Shown: piece by piece, positions 63,501 through 64,000 of the stretch
Layout of the letters: every line of letters begins with the position of its first letter
Position numbering within the stretch: position 1 is the first letter of the stretch
Source of the DNA: Azolla caroliniana
Taxonomy: Eukaryota > Plantae > Polypodiophyta
DNA length: 64,000 bases
Direction: 5' to 3'
Assembly (NCBI GenBank): GCA_043228905.1
Contig: JBHGNT010000014.1
Location: 12,214,001-12,278,000 of the forward strand
The notes under the pieces: model-generated
What the model was told of the DNA's origin: nothing
Databases searched by the model: none
The model's input: the letters and a program-made list of their open reading frames with translations, nothing else
Made by a program: the position numbers and the translations under genes

Positions 63501-63619
63501 CATCATCGTCGGCCAATCTTTCTCAATATCTGGATGGGAACACGAGGGACTCGATTGCGAGCATACCCCCGTGCCCGTTGGAGCTCGCCCACACTTTCGC
63601 ATCGACTGATGGACGGTAG
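60536..63619 (+). CDS. TMK: TMK-family (LRR-IX) receptor-like kinase, 2 exons, 963 aa
   Basis: Exon 1 60536-62900, intron GT-AG 62901-63092, exon 2 63093-63619. Signal peptide, two LRR blocks separated by a Cys island (WSGNDPC, WEGNDPC), Ser/Gly/Pro linker, TM helix, AGNLVISIQLLRNVTNNFS juxtamembrane motif, HRDLKPSN, DFG, APEYA|VTGRVTTKSDVYSFG, C-terminal FASTDGR. Confidence 0.96.
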
Positions 63620-64000
63620 ATATTCGGACCAACGGTATTCACATGATTAGGAAAACACTATTTTCTTTCACATAATTTCAATACCGGGGTCCAGCCGGTA
63701 TTTACAGATGTTTATCTTGTAGGTAATGTGAAATTGACTGTTGCTACTTCTTCCTTCCCCCTTTGAAACCATGGATTCATTCATATCTCACAAGGAACTA
63801 CTTACTACTACTACTGCTACTTGGGGGGATTGATTGCTCTTTTTTGATTTATTTATTTTTCCCTGTTATTTCCCATTGAAATCCAAAGATTGATCACTGT
63901 CTAACTCATTCTTTTTCCTCCATTAATTCATAAGCCTCCGTTTGTCTTAGATAGAAAAAAAAAAAACTGACAATTGTTTTGGAAAAGTGTATGCAACAAC

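Overview
Eukaryotic nuclear DNA, most likely from a seed-free land plant (fern, lycophyte or bryophyte; inferred from a Tcn1-type chromovirus, tRNA-Trp-primed Ty3/gypsy elements and an intronless organelle-type tRNA-Ala(UGC) relic). There are only two host genes, arranged head-to-head about 49 kb apart: a three-exon chloroplast DnaJ-type zinc-finger membrane protein (FIP/At5g02160-like, minus strand, 9571-11643) and a two-exon TMK-family LRR receptor kinase (plus strand, 60536-63619). Almost everything else is a deeply nested stack of decayed transposons whose ends, PBS/PPT and target-site duplications (TSDs) can mostly be read directly: Ty3/gypsy and Ty1/copia elements, solo LTRs, RTE/RTEX-like LINEs and a non-autonomous hAT-like element. 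The most unusual structure is a three-LTR composite retrotransposon (16482-24726) in which a full gag-pol unit and a 560-bp mini-unit share a central LTR of a different subtype, between matching outer LTRs and one TSD. Other highlights are a related pol-less gag element with a repetitive 3-kb cargo (51775-57060), an intact -1 frameshift signal in the Tcn1 element, a 9-copy G-box-like array upstream of FIP, and an LTR inserted into the centre of a palindrome in a probable mitochondrial insertion. All alignments and counts were done by eye.
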